Shown here: positions 1 to 10,094 of the stretch, in pieces
Layout of the letters: each line of letters begins with the position of its first letter
How positions within the stretch are numbered: the first letter of the stretch is position 1
Assembly: GCA_021824635.1 (NCBI GenBank)
Contig: JAKAKD010000001.1
Coordinates: 2,351-66,350, forward strand
DNA length: 64,000 nucleotides
Direction: 5' to 3'
Source: Bacteroidota bacterium
GTDB lineage: Bacteria; Bacteroidota; Ignavibacteria; Ignavibacteriales; Melioribacteraceae
Notes under the pieces: model-generated
The model's input: the letters and a program-made list of their open reading frames with translations, nothing else
Told to the model about the DNA's origin: nothing
The model's database searches: none
Made by a program: the position numbers and the translations under genes

Positions 1-1
1 C

Positions 2-334
2 AACCCGGATAAAGGAAAAAAACTTCCGTACATCTCTGAAATTACAAAAGGAGAAAAAGGAATATTTGTTGCCGCTTCGGATTATATCCAGCTGATGGAA
101 GATGGAATTGCCAAATGGCTGCCCGGTCCTCTTCATTCGCTTGGAACATTTGGATTTGGAAGAAGTGAAGGGCGAACATCTTTACGAGACTTCTTTGAAG
201 TAGATGCAAAACATATTGTCTATGCAACACTATATTCTTTGATGAATGACGGAAAGATAAAACTGGAAGTCGTTAAAAAAGCTCAGAAAGAATTAAATAT
301 AAATCCGGATAAAATGAACCCGGCTAAATCATAA
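2..334 (+). CDS. aceE: pyruvate dehydrogenase E1 component (AceE type), C-terminal fragment; 5' end outside the window
   Basis: Frame is open from the window edge to the stop at 332-334. The tail VAASDYIQL...SLGTFGFGRSEGRTSLRDFFEVDAKHIVYATL is colinear with the conserved AceE C-terminus (LGTDGFGRSD..LR..FEVD). The E2 gene follows 117 nt downstream. Confidence 0.85.
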   Translation, partial: NPDKGKKLPYISEITKGEKGIFVAASDYIQLMEDGIAKWLPGPLHSLGTFGFGRSEGRTSLRDFFEVDAKHIVYATLYSLMNDGKIKLEVVKKAQKELNINPDKMNPAKS

Positions 335-340
335 ACAATA

Positions 341-420
341 GAACGCTGATTCTTATAATGGTTATGATTTTTTAGAATGATATCATGATTAATCATAGGA
401 AGTTATAATGATCTGCGTTC
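341..420 (+). repeat. 80-nt imperfect inverted repeat (long hairpin) between the E1 and E2 genes
   Basis: GAACGCTGAT (341-350) pairs with ATCTGCGTTC (411-420). Inner arms are TTATAA/TTATAA and TATGATT/AATCATA. The apex holds the perfect palindromes ATGATATCAT and ATGATTAATCAT. Confidence 0.6.
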
Positions 421-451
421 CATTTCTATTATTAACAATATTGGGAAAAAA

Positions 452-2146
452 ATGATAGTAGATTTTAAATTACCACATCTTGGCGATGGCATTCATTCTG
501 CAGATATAATTAAAGTTAATGTTAAAGAGGGCGAAGAGATCAAACTCGATCAAATTGTTGTTGAGATCGAGACAGATAAAGCTACAGTTGAGGTACCCAG
601 TGATGTTGCGGGCGTAGTGAAAAAAGTTTATGTGAAAGAGGGAACGAAAGCAAATGTGGGTGAACCTTTGGTAGCGGTTGAAACAAATAGCGAGCAGCTA
701 GCGAAGGACAGCGATAAGCAAAAGGCGAGAAGCGAGAAGTTAGAAGGGGTAAATGAGAAGGAAGAAGAAAATTCAAAACCCCAAATTAAAAACCAGAAGC
801 CGGAAGATTTTACAACTGATAACCAACAACCAATAACCAATGACTTTCAGTTTAAGATTCCAAATCTTGGAGAAAATATTTCATCCGCGCATATCACAAA
901 AGCTCTTGTAAAAGTTGGCGACCATATTGAGCAAGATCAAATTGTTCTTGAAATTGAAACAGATAAAGCAACTGTAGAAGTACCTTCGGAAGTCGGCGGC
1001 ACAATAAAAGAAGTTAAAGTTAAAGACGGCGATAATGTTGCTGTTGGTTCCGTTGCTTTCGTAATTGAAACTACACAATCGAAAGAATCGGAGAGTAAAG
1101 CAACTAGCCCAAAGGAGAAAGTTCTTCAAGTAACTAATAGCCAACAACCAATTATCAAAAAAGAAGAGCCGTTTCAAAAAGTAGAACATTCACATGCACC
1201 GTCTGTTGTTACTTTGCCCCGTGATATTGTTCAAGTTGTTGTACCGGCGGCGCCATCAGTTAGAAAATTTGCCAGAGAGATAGGTGTAAACGTTCGTCTT
1301 ATTAAAGGAACAGGTGCTAACGGCAGGATTTCTATTGAAGATGTAAAAGCGTATGCAAAATCTTTGAATGAGCAAATTCAGTCGGGTGGATTAACTGCTG
1401 TAGCGCCAGGATTTGCGAAAGAACCGCTTCCTGATTTTCAGAAGTGGGGCGAAATTGAACGGCAGCCGATGAGTAATATCCGCCGTAAAACGGCAGAGCA
1501 TCTTTCATATGCATGGAATACAATTCCACACGTAACTCAATTTGACAAGGCGGATATTACCGAATTAGAAAAATTCAGAAAGGAAAATTCTAACAAAGTT
1601 GCGGAAGCCGGCGGCAAACTGACTGTTACTGCAATTCTGCTTAAAGTCATTTCATCTGCCATGAAAACTTTTCCTCAGTTCAATTCAAGCGTTGATATTG
1701 AAAAGAACGAAATTGTTTATAAAAAATTTGTGAACATAGGCGTAGCTGTAGATACAGATCGAGGATTGCTGGTTCCTGTAATTCGTAATGTAGACAAAAA
1801 GAATGTCATCGAACTAAGCGTCGAACTTGCAAGTCTTTCTAAAAAAGCGAGGGATAAAAAACTTTCGCTGGAAGAAATGCAGGGCGGATGTTTTACAATA
1901 AGTAATCTTGGCGGAATTGGCGGAACATACTTCTCGCCTATTATCAATTCTCCGGAAGTTGCAATACTTGGAGTTTCTAAATCATCTTTCGAACCGGTTT
2001 ATATAAATGGTAAATTTGAACCACGATTAATGATGCCGTTATCACTTTCCTACGATCATAGAATAATTGATGGTGCTGATGGAATTAGATTTTTAAGATG
2101 GGTTGTAGATGTACTTGAAAATCCTACATTGCTGATTTTGCACTAA
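452..2146 (+). CDS. aceF: dihydrolipoamide acetyltransferase (E2) of the pyruvate dehydrogenase complex
   Basis: Two lipoyl domains carry the [13 protein letters not shown] motif. A peripheral-subunit-binding domain ([14 protein letters not shown]) and a catalytic domain ending in [14 protein letters not shown] are present. Confidence 0.92.
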   Translation: MIVDFKLPHLGDGIHSADIIKVNVKEGEEIKLDQIVVEIETDKATVEVPSDVAGVVKKVYVKEGTKANVGEPLVAVETNSEQLAKDSDKQKARSEKLEGVNEKEEENSKPQIKNQKPEDFTTDNQQPITNDFQFKIPNLGENISSAHITKALVKVGDHIEQDQIVLEIETDKATVEVPSEVGGTIKEVKVKDGDNVAVGSVAFVIETTQSKESESKATSPKEKVLQVTNSQQPIIKKEEPFQKVEHSHAPSVVTLPRDIVQVVVPAAPSVRKFAREIGVNVRLIKGTGANGRISIEDVKAYAKSLNEQIQSGGLTAVAPGFAKEPLPDFQKWGEIERQPMSNIRRKTAEHLSYAWNTIPHVTQFDKADITELEKFRKENSNKVAEAGGKLTVTAILLKVISSAMKTFPQFNSSVDIEKNEIVYKKFVNIGVAVDTDRGLLVPVIRNVDKKNVIELSVELASLSKKARDKKLSLEEMQGGCFTISNLGGIGGTYFSPIINSPEVAILGVSKSSFEPVYINGKFEPRLMMPLSLSYDHRIIDGADGIRFLRWVVDVLENPTLLILH

Positions 2147-2217
2147 TATTTTTAGAAGTTTTTCTATTTGGTGAGTAAATTTTGTTTTTACTCTACTCAA
2201 ATCATAAAAATAATTTC

Positions 2218-4395
2218 TTAATTCCTCCACAAGTAAGACATCTTGAAAAAGAATCCTCTGTTTGCCTCATTAAAATTTTGGCTTTCAGTGTATCTATTCT
2301 CGTATTGATTCCACTCGTTCTTTAAATAAAGAGAGCCATAACCAATATGCATTACAGTCCCCGGCACATAAGTAAATGACACAAGAAAATCCGTTAGCAA
2401 TTGCTGTTTGTATTTGTTGTATTCAATAACACCGCGAAAGAAAAGATATTTATTATGCTGATAGGTTAGTCTTTCTCTAAAGATCGGATATTCGTAAATT
2501 AATTCTGAATTCGATTCTCTATAAAAATCGGAAAAGATAAAACTAGAATAAGATTCCACGTTCTCCGAAATTTGATAAATCATAATTGCATTAATTTGGT
2601 TGCTATAACCTTGAAATGGATCTTGTGAGTAATAAATAGCATTAGTTCTTTTATATCCCACTGAAAATGATATTACGTTAGAGACTAAGCCGCCTACAAT
2701 AAATTGCAATCCGCCGGTTCTAAATTTCTCGCCTCCAAAGATTTCTGTTGAGTATGAATACTTTACTCTTGCATTATATGAACCAAGAAAAAAGCCCGTT
2801 GCTGAAAAATAATTATATGTCTCCCATAACGAACTTGGTTTATCTTTTGTCTGTGCGGAGAATGCTTCTAAATCAATTCTCTGAATCTTTGATGACGCGG
2901 GATAAATTTTTGGTCTTATCAATCCAGTCAATCCAAATATTCCGGTACGTGTTATAAATCCGGTCTCAACATTAAAATCTTCCGAGATATCTTTAGCGCT
3001 GAAATCATAAGACAAATTTCTGGAATCATAATTGTAATTTAGTCCTAATGCGTGTCCGTATTTCTTATCGGGTCCGGTGACAAATTTTGAGCTTGAGTAC
3101 AAACCGTTCCATTCGATTGTACTTGCTTCAGTTAGTCTGATGTTTCCGTCAATTCCCAAAACATTGTTGTTACTGTTTTTCGTTTCTCTTCCGGTAAAAA
3201 TTCCACCGATATAACTGTCTCCCCAAAGTGCCTGTTTAAATCGAAGTATTGGAACATGCGCATAATCTCCATAAATAACTGATTCATCTTGCGGAAGTTC
3301 ATCCATAGCGTACATAGCAGCTATTGTACTTTTAGTGCCAATTTTACCAGAAAGTTTTATACCAGTTAACGGGTTGACAATTGTTCTTGTGTGAACTAGT
3401 GAAATTATCGGATCAACTACGGAAGATTGTGTTGCTGCCAGATTATAAATGTCATTTCCTTCAAGAAAGAAAGGTCTTTTCTCCGGATAGTATAATGCAT
3501 ATCTAAGATTAACATCAACTTGTCCTGCGTCTGCTTCAATTTGGCTGAAGTCCGGGTTATATGTACCATCAAGAATAAGATCTGAAGTAATTCCATATTT
3601 TGCGGTTAGACTGATTTCCCCTTTGTCTTCATATTTTACTAACTGATTTTGGTTTAGATTGTATTTCCGGCTGTAAGTAAAAGCCGGAAGAAGTTCGAAC
3701 AATGTTGTTTTTTTTAAGTCGTCATAAATTAAAGGACTCATCTGTGTAAGAAATGCCATTCCTTTTGCCGGATCCAATTCCGGAAAAGAATCATGTTCAG
3801 AAAATCTGCTTATGAAACGTTCAAAAAAAACAGACATCGTTACAGGATTTCCTCCAGCGTAACGAATGCTTTTTAGGGGAATGCTAATTTCAATGTTATA
3901 GCCGTCTGGAGTTAATTTGCCGGCACTGTACCAAACAAAATCCGCGCTAAAATCTTCTTGTCCGGCGGCAAATCGGCTGTCGGCTTGAATCCCGAGCGGA
4001 TTTATATAAAAAGCATAGAGTGACTGGTGATCATTGAATGAATCAAGATTAATACAAACCCAATCATCAGATATAATATTATCTCTACTCGAAACACTGG
4101 ATTTAATTTTTGCGGGTTCTCTATCGTAACAACGAAAAGCAAAGTAGAGGTTTTCACTATCATATGCTGCGTATGCAATAGTATGTTCGGTGCCATCTTT
4201 ACCAAAATCCGGCGCAAATGTTTTAAACTCCGAAACAGATAAAGCATTTTGCCAGATTAAATCATCAAGTTTACCATCAATGATTGGCGGCTTATCTGCC
4301 TTAGAGGGTCTTAACTGTTCTTGAGCTTCTAATGAATAAACAAATATTAGATGTAGAATGAAAAGAGTCCAATTGAGTACATGAAATTTTTTCAA
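2218..4395 (-). CDS. secreted/outer-membrane protein with an N-terminal CBM9/DOMON-like domain and a DUF5916-like beta-rich region
   Basis: Signal peptide, then PPIIDGKLDD..W..A motif and YFAFRCYD block typical of carbohydrate-binding family 9-like domains. A long beta-strand-rich C-terminus ends in an aromatic residue pattern. Antisense to the flanking PDH genes. Confidence 0.6.
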   Translation of the reverse strand: MKKFHVLNWTLFILHLIFVYSLEAQEQLRPSKADKPPIIDGKLDDLIWQNALSVSEFKTFAPDFGKDGTEHTIAYAAYDSENLYFAFRCYDREPAKIKSSVSSRDNIISDDWVCINLDSFNDHQSLYAFYINPLGIQADSRFAAGQEDFSADFVWYSAGKLTPDGYNIEISIPLKSIRYAGGNPVTMSVFFERFISRFSEHDSFPELDPAKGMAFLTQMSPLIYDDLKKTTLFELLPAFTYSRKYNLNQNQLVKYEDKGEISLTAKYGITSDLILDGTYNPDFSQIEADAGQVDVNLRYALYYPEKRPFFLEGNDIYNLAATQSSVVDPIISLVHTRTIVNPLTGIKLSGKIGTKSTIAAMYAMDELPQDESVIYGDYAHVPILRFKQALWGDSYIGGIFTGRETKNSNNNVLGIDGNIRLTEASTIEWNGLYSSSKFVTGPDKKYGHALGLNYNYDSRNLSYDFSAKDISEDFNVETGFITRTGIFGLTGLIRPKIYPASSKIQRIDLEAFSAQTKDKPSSLWETYNYFSATGFFLGSYNARVKYSYSTEIFGGEKFRTGGLQFIVGGLVSNVISFSVGYKRTNAIYYSQDPFQGYSNQINAIMIYQISENVESYSSFIFSDFYRESNSELIYEYPIFRERLTYQHNKYLFFRGVIEYNKYKQQLLTDFLVSFTYVPGTVMHIGYGSLYLKNEWNQYENRYTESQNFNEANRGFFFKMSYLWRN

Positions 4396-4596
4396 ATCGC
4401 CACACCACTTTTTATGATGGAAAGAATTTTTCTATCATGATCTTTTAATCTTGAAGTTAAATGTCTTAAATTATTTTGAAATACTCTAGTAAAAAGAACA
4501 AATATTTTAATATTCTTTCCAACAGAAGATTATTTGCCCCTTTTTACTATTTTTGCTAAGAAATATTATAATAAAGAAAGATACCGGTAGAAAATT

Positions 4597-6015
4597 ATGA
4601 CAATAAATACGCAATTAGCAGTCATTGGCGGCGGACCAGGTGGTTATGCTGCCGCTTTTCTTGCTGCCGATCTTGGCATGCAGGTTACATTGATTGATCT
4701 TGAAAAAAATCCCGGCGGTGTTTGTCTTTACAGAGGTTGTATTCCTTCAAAAGCACTTCTTCACATTGCCAAACTTATTAAAGAAGCCGAGGAAGCAAAA
4801 AAATGGGGTGTAGAATTCGGCGAACCCAAAATTGATCTCGATAAACTACGGGATTTTAAAAATGGTGTTGTTAATAAACTCACAGGAGGATTGGGTCAGC
4901 TTTCCAAACAACGTAAAGTAAATTTTATTCAAGGCAAAGCTACATTCATAAACTCTAATTCATTGTCGGTTAAGAAAGTTGATGGAACAACCGATGAAGT
5001 TCATTACGAAAAGGCAATTCTTGCAACCGGTTCAGTCCCGTCAAAAGTACCCGGACTTTCAATTGAATCACCGCTTGTAATGGATTCCACCTCGGCTCTT
5101 GAACTCAATGATGTACCGAAGAGATTACTAGTAATTGGCGGCGGATATATCGGACTGGAATTGAGTACCGTTTATGCAGCTCTTGGCAGCAAAGTTACAG
5201 TAGTTGAAATGTTGTCGGGATTATTGCCGGGTGCGGATCGTGATTTAGTAGCTGTGTTAGATAAACGTGTAAAATTAATGATGGAAAATGTTTTTACTGA
5301 TACAAAAGTTGTTGAGTTAAAAGAAACTTCAGAGGGAATTACTGTCCGTTTAGAAGGTGAAAAAGTTACTGAACCTCTTCAAACATTCGATAAAGTTTTA
5401 ATTTCAGTCGGACGTAGACCTGTTACAACGGGCTTTGGATTAGAGAATACAAAAGTTAAAATTGGCGAACGCGGATTTGTAACTGTTGATAAAACTTTGA
5501 AAACAGATGACCCAAACATTTACGCAATCGGTGATATTGTTGGTAATCCAATGCTTGCGCACAAAGCTGCGGCTGAAGGTAAAGTTGCAGTCGAATCTAT
5601 TCTGGGGCATAAAACTGCATTCGAACCGAATGCAATTCCTGCTGTTGTGTTTACAGACCCGGAACTCGCATGGACAGGTATAACGGAAATTGAAGCGCGC
5701 GAGAAAGGAATTAAAGTTGAAGTTGCCAAATTTCCGTGGGGTGCAAGCGGACGCGCTACAACACTAGATAGAAACGATGGAATGACAAAATTAATTATCG
5801 AACCCGGAACGGAAAGAATTCTTGGTGTTGGAATTGTCGGAGTTGGAGCCGGCGATATGATTGCCGAGGGAACATTAGCAATTGAAATGGGCGCGGTTGT
5901 AAAAGATCTGGAGCTAACTATTCATCCGCATCCTACATTGTCCGAAACTATGATGGCTGCTGCGGAAGTATTTTATGGGCACGCAACGGACATGTACCGT
6001 CCTAAAAGAAAATGA
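4597..6015 (+). CDS. lpdA: dihydrolipoyl dehydrogenase (E3)
   Basis: FAD site GGGPGGYAAA, redox-active disulfide CLYRGCIPSK, NAD site GGGYIGLE and C-terminal HPHPTLSE interface motif. Confidence 0.93.
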   Translation: MTINTQLAVIGGGPGGYAAAFLAADLGMQVTLIDLEKNPGGVCLYRGCIPSKALLHIAKLIKEAEEAKKWGVEFGEPKIDLDKLRDFKNGVVNKLTGGLGQLSKQRKVNFIQGKATFINSNSLSVKKVDGTTDEVHYEKAILATGSVPSKVPGLSIESPLVMDSTSALELNDVPKRLLVIGGGYIGLELSTVYAALGSKVTVVEMLSGLLPGADRDLVAVLDKRVKLMMENVFTDTKVVELKETSEGITVRLEGEKVTEPLQTFDKVLISVGRRPVTTGFGLENTKVKIGERGFVTVDKTLKTDDPNIYAIGDIVGNPMLAHKAAAEGKVAVESILGHKTAFEPNAIPAVVFTDPELAWTGITEIEAREKGIKVEVAKFPWGASGRATTLDRNDGMTKLIIEPGTERILGVGIVGVGAGDMIAEGTLAIEMGAVVKDLELTIHPHPTLSETMMAAAEVFYGHATDMYRPKRK

Positions 6016-6040
6016 CAAACAAAAATTTTGGTGTAAAATT

Positions 6041-7195
6041 TTGAAAATAAAAATCATACTCGCATTTTTTTTCTTACTTACCGTCCGCCTCGCAGCTCAA
6101 AATTATGATTGGGTGAAGCATGATTCTCTAGTTAAAGCCGGAATCAATCAGATTTACGGCATTGAATTCGACAAAGCCGAAAAAACTTTTGATGTAGTTA
6201 CTAAAGAATACTCAACTCATCCGTCAGGAAAATTTTTCAAGGCAATGATAACGTGGTGGCGCATTCTGCTTGATATTGAAAATGAAAGTTTGGACGAGAA
6301 ATTCTTTAATCAGCTTGATGAATTAATTGATATGTGTGACGGCATCCTGGATAAGAATGATAAAAATGTTGATGCAATGTTTTTTAAGGGTGGTGCACTT
6401 GGTTTTCGCGGACAATTGCGCGCAATACGAGAAAGTTGGTTTAAAGCCGCTCTCGATGGGAAAGACGGTTTGAATTTGGTTTTCAAATCATATGAGTTAA
6501 ATCCTAAAAATGTTGATGTGCAACTTGGTTTTGGAATTTATCATTATTACGCCGCTGTAATTCCCGCCCGTTATCCTGCTGTTAAACCCTTTATGGTATT
6601 TTTTCCTAAGGGAGATAGAGCAAAAGGGTTGAAAGAGCTTGAGAACGTTGCATGGAATGGAAGATACACCAGAATTGAAGCTCGAAATTTTTTAATGAAA
6701 CTAAATTTTCAGTTCGAAGACAAAATGGATGAAGCAAGAAAGTGGGCTAAAATTTTGCTCAACGATTTTCCGAACAATCCGTTCTTTCAAAAATATTACG
6801 GACTCACTTTCGTTAAAGACAATAATTATAATGAAGCCGCAAAAACGTTTCATGATATTTACAATAAATCCAAACGCGGTATGCCCGGTTATAACAAACA
6901 CTTTGAGCGTGAAGCTACATACTATATCGGTATGGATTTTAAGCTGAAAGATAAAGTGGATTCATCAGCTTTTTATTTTGAGAAATCTGAAAAACTTTCT
7001 CGTGAGTTGGATAAAGAAAAGGAATCCGGTTTTCTAATCAATTCAGTTTTTTATTTGGGAATGTTATATGATCAGATGGGAAAGCGGGACAAAGCAATTA
7101 CCTATTATAAAGAAACACTTCAGTTAAAAGACCGTAACGACTCTCATAAATTAGCAGAGCAGTATTTAAAAACACCCTTTAAAAAAAATAATTGA
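6041..7195 (+). CDS. TPR-repeat protein with signal peptide
   Basis: The ORF track starts at 5975, which overlaps lpdA by 41 nt. The in-frame TTG at 6041 gives a normal signal peptide (LKIKIILAFFFLLTVRLAAQ). The body is made of helical TPR-like repeats. Start is uncertain. Confidence 0.55.
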   Translation: MKIKIILAFFFLLTVRLAAQNYDWVKHDSLVKAGINQIYGIEFDKAEKTFDVVTKEYSTHPSGKFFKAMITWWRILLDIENESLDEKFFNQLDELIDMCDGILDKNDKNVDAMFFKGGALGFRGQLRAIRESWFKAALDGKDGLNLVFKSYELNPKNVDVQLGFGIYHYYAAVIPARYPAVKPFMVFFPKGDRAKGLKELENVAWNGRYTRIEARNFLMKLNFQFEDKMDEARKWAKILLNDFPNNPFFQKYYGLTFVKDNNYNEAAKTFHDIYNKSKRGMPGYNKHFEREATYYIGMDFKLKDKVDSSAFYFEKSEKLSRELDKEKESGFLINSVFYLGMLYDQMGKRDKAITYYKETLQLKDRNDSHKLAEQYLKTPFKKNN

Positions 7196-7202
7196 GAATG
7201 GC

Positions 7203-7269
7203 CAATTGAGAATTGCGAATTATTTATGTTGAATTAAATTTTCAATTATCAATTCGCAATTTTCAATTG
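7203..7269. terminator. bidirectional hairpin between convergent genes
   Basis: CAATTGAGAATTGCGAATT (7203-7221) pairs with AATTCGCAATTTTCAATTG (7251-7269), 19 bp with one G-U. It lies between the TPR gene (+) and the PorQ-like gene (-). Confidence 0.6.
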
Positions 7270-7272
7270 CTT

Positions 7273-8211
7273 CTACAAGCTTGTTGAAATTCCAAATCTG
7301 TGAAGTGATCCAATTGAACCAAGTGATGAAAAAGAATAATCAACATTGTATTTATTTACAACGAATCCTAAACCGACACTAAATCCAGACAGACCGGCAC
7401 TTGTAGAACCGAGCTTCATCTCTTTTCTTTTTTCGTTATCGTAGCCTATACGTAATTTTAAATTTTGTCCTACACGTAATTCTCCGCCAAGTGTAATCTG
7501 TTTGAATCGTTCAAAGAAATTATCTTGTCTTTCGTTGAGCCGGTTGAACGACCAGAAAAATGTAAACGGCAGCTTCTCCAGACTTTTTGAAAAACCGAGA
7601 CGAATATCAAGCGGTAAATCTTCTTTTGTGTTGAAGTAGTGTGAAAGTTGAGAACCAAGGTTAAGTACTGAAAAACCAAAGTTCCATCTTAATTCCGGAA
7701 TAGCATAATGTAAACCTAGATCTATAGCTGCTGCAGATGAAGAATAATTTTCAATAGAGGAGTAAATGATTTTTACATTTGCGCCGTAATAAAAATTTTT
7801 GTCAAGCTGATTTCCATATCCAACCAATAATGCAATATCGCCGGCGCCAAAATTGCCGAGTTTCATTCCATTTTCATCTGCCCTTGTAAAAGAGCCGTAA
7901 TTGATATATTGAATACCGGCTGCAAATCTGCCGATTCCTTCAAATTCTTTTGAGAAAGAAATGCTTGCAAAATTAATATCCATCAAATGTTTTAAAAATG
8001 AGAAAGAAACGGGCGTACCTGTTAATAAATTTATTCCCGCGGGATTATAAAATATTACATTCGGGTCATCACCGTTTGCAACATAACTACCCGCAACCGC
8101 TGCTGCGCGGGGACTTGTATCTAAACGGAGAAAATCAAATGAAGACTGTGCCGATAGAGCCGTTGATAATAATAGAACAAAAAGTATTGCATGAATGAAA
8201 TGTTTATGCAT
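7273..8211 (-). CDS. PorQ/PorV-family (T9SS-associated) outer-membrane beta-barrel protein
   Basis: Signal peptide ending ALSAQS. The N-terminal FLRLDTSPRAAAVAGSYVA motif resembles the PorQ/PorV signature. The remainder has alternating beta-strand character. Confidence 0.5.
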   Translation of the reverse strand: MHKHFIHAILFVLLLSTALSAQSSFDFLRLDTSPRAAAVAGSYVANGDDPNVIFYNPAGINLLTGTPVSFSFLKHLMDINFASISFSKEFEGIGRFAAGIQYINYGSFTRADENGMKLGNFGAGDIALLVGYGNQLDKNFYYGANVKIIYSSIENYSSSAAAIDLGLHYAIPELRWNFGFSVLNLGSQLSHYFNTKEDLPLDIRLGFSKSLEKLPFTFFWSFNRLNERQDNFFERFKQITLGGELRVGQNLKLRIGYDNEKRKEMKLGSTSAGLSGFSVGLGFVVNKYNVDYSFSSLGSIGSLHRFGISTSL

Positions 8212-8345
8212 AATTCTCTCAATTTGACGAGCGATTTTAAAGATTATTGACTATAAAGGCAAGGTAATACGAAACATCCTGAATAATGATTCTTTTCGGG
8301 AACACTAATGAATTTGTTATTGTTAGAAATATCGAACAAACCGAC

Positions 8346-8375
8346 CTTGACGGAAGGGTTCTTTCACCATAAATT
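8346..8375 (+). promoter_or_regulatory. candidate promoter of htpX (TTGACG-17-TAAATT; also reads CTTGAC-N13-CACCATAA)
   Basis: The -35 TTGACG is at 8347-8352, followed by a 17-nt spacer and the -10 TAAATT at 8370-8375. The predicted transcript start lies just upstream of AAGGAG (8390-8395) and the ATG at 8402. Confidence 0.4.
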
Positions 8376-8401
8376 TGTTTAGAAATATTAAGGAGTTTTA
8401 C

Positions 8402-9253
8402 ATGAACAGTTTTAAGACTGTCATTTTAATGACAGTGATGATGGTATTGTTTATTCTTGTTGGAAATCTTATCGGCGGCGAATCCGGTATGATGCTGGCA
8501 TTTGTAATTTCATTAGCAATGAATTTCGGCTCGTATTGGTTTTCAGATAAAATTGTTTTAAAAATGTATCGTGCTCAAGAAATTACACGTGAACAATATC
8601 CGCAGCTTTACGATTCAGTTGAAAATTTAGCAACCCAGGCAGGTCTGCCCGTTCCCAAAATTTATATAATGGATAATCCAACACCGAATGCTTTTGCAAC
8701 CGGACGCAATCCGGAACACAGCGCAGTTGCAGTTACTACCGGTATTATGAATCTTCTTAACAAAGAAGAACTTGAAGGTGTGATCGCTCACGAACTAACT
8801 CACGTGAAAAATAGAGATATTCTTGTTGGCACAATTGCGGCTACACTTGTAGGAACAATTACATTTATTGCGCGCATGGCTGGATGGGCGGCAATGTTTA
8901 GCGGCGGTAGGGATGAACGCGATAGAGGAAATGTGTTTTCAGATTTGGCTTTGATGATTATTGCGCCAATTGCCGCGTTACTAATCCAGATGGCAATCTC
9001 AAGATCTCGCGAATATATGGCTGATGAAGGAAGTGCGCAAATTTCAGGCAAACCATTGGCACTTGCTTCTGCGCTAAATAAATTGGAGCGTGGTAACGAA
9101 CTTATTCCCATGACTAACGCCGGCACTTCATCTGCGCACATGTTTATCGTTAATCCGTTGAGCGGAAAATCTTTGATGAAACTCTTTTCAACTCACCCGC
9201 CGATAGAAGATAGAATTAAACGGCTTCAAGAAATTGATGCCGGGAGAAGATAA
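8402..9253 (+). CDS. htpX: zinc metalloprotease HtpX (peptidase M48)
   Basis: HELTHV zinc motif, four TM segments and C-terminal STHPPIEDRI. The ATG at 8402 is preceded by AAGGAG at 6-nt spacing. The TTG at 8375 in the track falls inside the putative -10 box. Confidence 0.9.
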   Translation: MNSFKTVILMTVMMVLFILVGNLIGGESGMMLAFVISLAMNFGSYWFSDKIVLKMYRAQEITREQYPQLYDSVENLATQAGLPVPKIYIMDNPTPNAFATGRNPEHSAVAVTTGIMNLLNKEELEGVIAHELTHVKNRDILVGTIAATLVGTITFIARMAGWAAMFSGGRDERDRGNVFSDLALMIIAPIAALLIQMAISRSREYMADEGSAQISGKPLALASALNKLERGNELIPMTNAGTSSAHMFIVNPLSGKSLMKLFSTHPPIEDRIKRLQEIDAGRR

Positions 9254-9270
9254 AATTAAATTTGATTTAG

Positions 9271-9309
9271 ATTATATAATGCCGGACTTGATCCGGCATT
9301 ATATAATTT
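9271..9309 (+). terminator. intrinsic terminator after htpX
   Basis: 16-bp stem ATTATATAATGCCGGA / TCCGGCATTATATAAT with a 5-nt loop, followed by TTT. Confidence 0.75.
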
Positions 9310-9422
9310 GAAACTCATTTAGTGTGTAATGAGATTTCATGCCAAGTAAACAATTTTCTAATTGAAATTACTTTGACTAATATCTAATTTGAAATCAGCA
9401 CTCACAAAATTCAAGTGATTAA

Positions 9423-10022
9423 TTGAAAACAAAATTTTCCATCATTACCATTTTATTTTTCATCCCAATTTTACTGCTGAATGCGCAGACAGAAAGCAAT
9501 CTTGATGCGCTTTATAATTTGATTGAACGCTCGGTAATAAAAGCCGACTCACTTCTTGGCGGAAAACAAGCAATAAATTTATCAGTTACAACAGCGCAGC
9601 CGCTAGAGATTCTAAAACCAAAAGTATTTCAGTTATTCAGCGACCGTGGTTATCTGCTTAAAATACCGGAAAGTGAATCTGTTAATCCGGTTAATTATGT
9701 AATTACGTCCGCAACAGTTAATTATGATAATTCTTTCTCAGATGGATTCTTTGGCGGAGTTGGACTTGAAAGAAAAATTACTTTGAAAGGATCCATCGCA
9801 ATTTTGAAATCGGACCAGACTATCAAACCGGTTGAGTTTACGGAAAGTGTGACTGATACCGTTAAACTTGGTGATATTTCAACTATTGAAGATAAGTCAA
9901 TTCCATTCACCCAGGGGCAAATTCCTTCTGAGCCGTTGCTTTCAACTTTTTGGGAACCGATTATTGTTGTTGGAACTCTAATCGGTACAGTTATTTTGCT
10001 CTTTACAGTCAGAAGCAAATAA
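9423..10022 (+). CDS. hypothetical protein with signal peptide and C-terminal TM anchor
   Basis: N-terminal hydrophobic signal (ILFFIPILLLNAQ) and C-terminal TM (IIVVGTLIGTVILLF). No recognisable catalytic motif. Confidence 0.5.
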   Translation: MKTKFSIITILFFIPILLLNAQTESNLDALYNLIERSVIKADSLLGGKQAINLSVTTAQPLEILKPKVFQLFSDRGYLLKIPESESVNPVNYVITSATVNYDNSFSDGFFGGVGLERKITLKGSIAILKSDQTIKPVEFTESVTDTVKLGDISTIEDKSIPFTQGQIPSEPLLSTFWEPIIVVGTLIGTVILLFTVRSK

Positions 10023-10094
10023 CTGTAATTAGCTATTTTACGGCTACCCTATTTTGCTTATTTTTACAACGTCTTAAAAAGTGAGGAAACTGTT

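Noticed and set aside
5975-6040. Long start of the TPR gene overlapping lpdA by 41 nt
   Set aside because: The extra 22 residues (MGTQRTCTVLKENDKQKFWCKI) precede an otherwise normal signal peptide, and the in-frame TTG at 6041 is more plausible. The same reasoning was applied to the track starts at 8375, 52923 and 54358.
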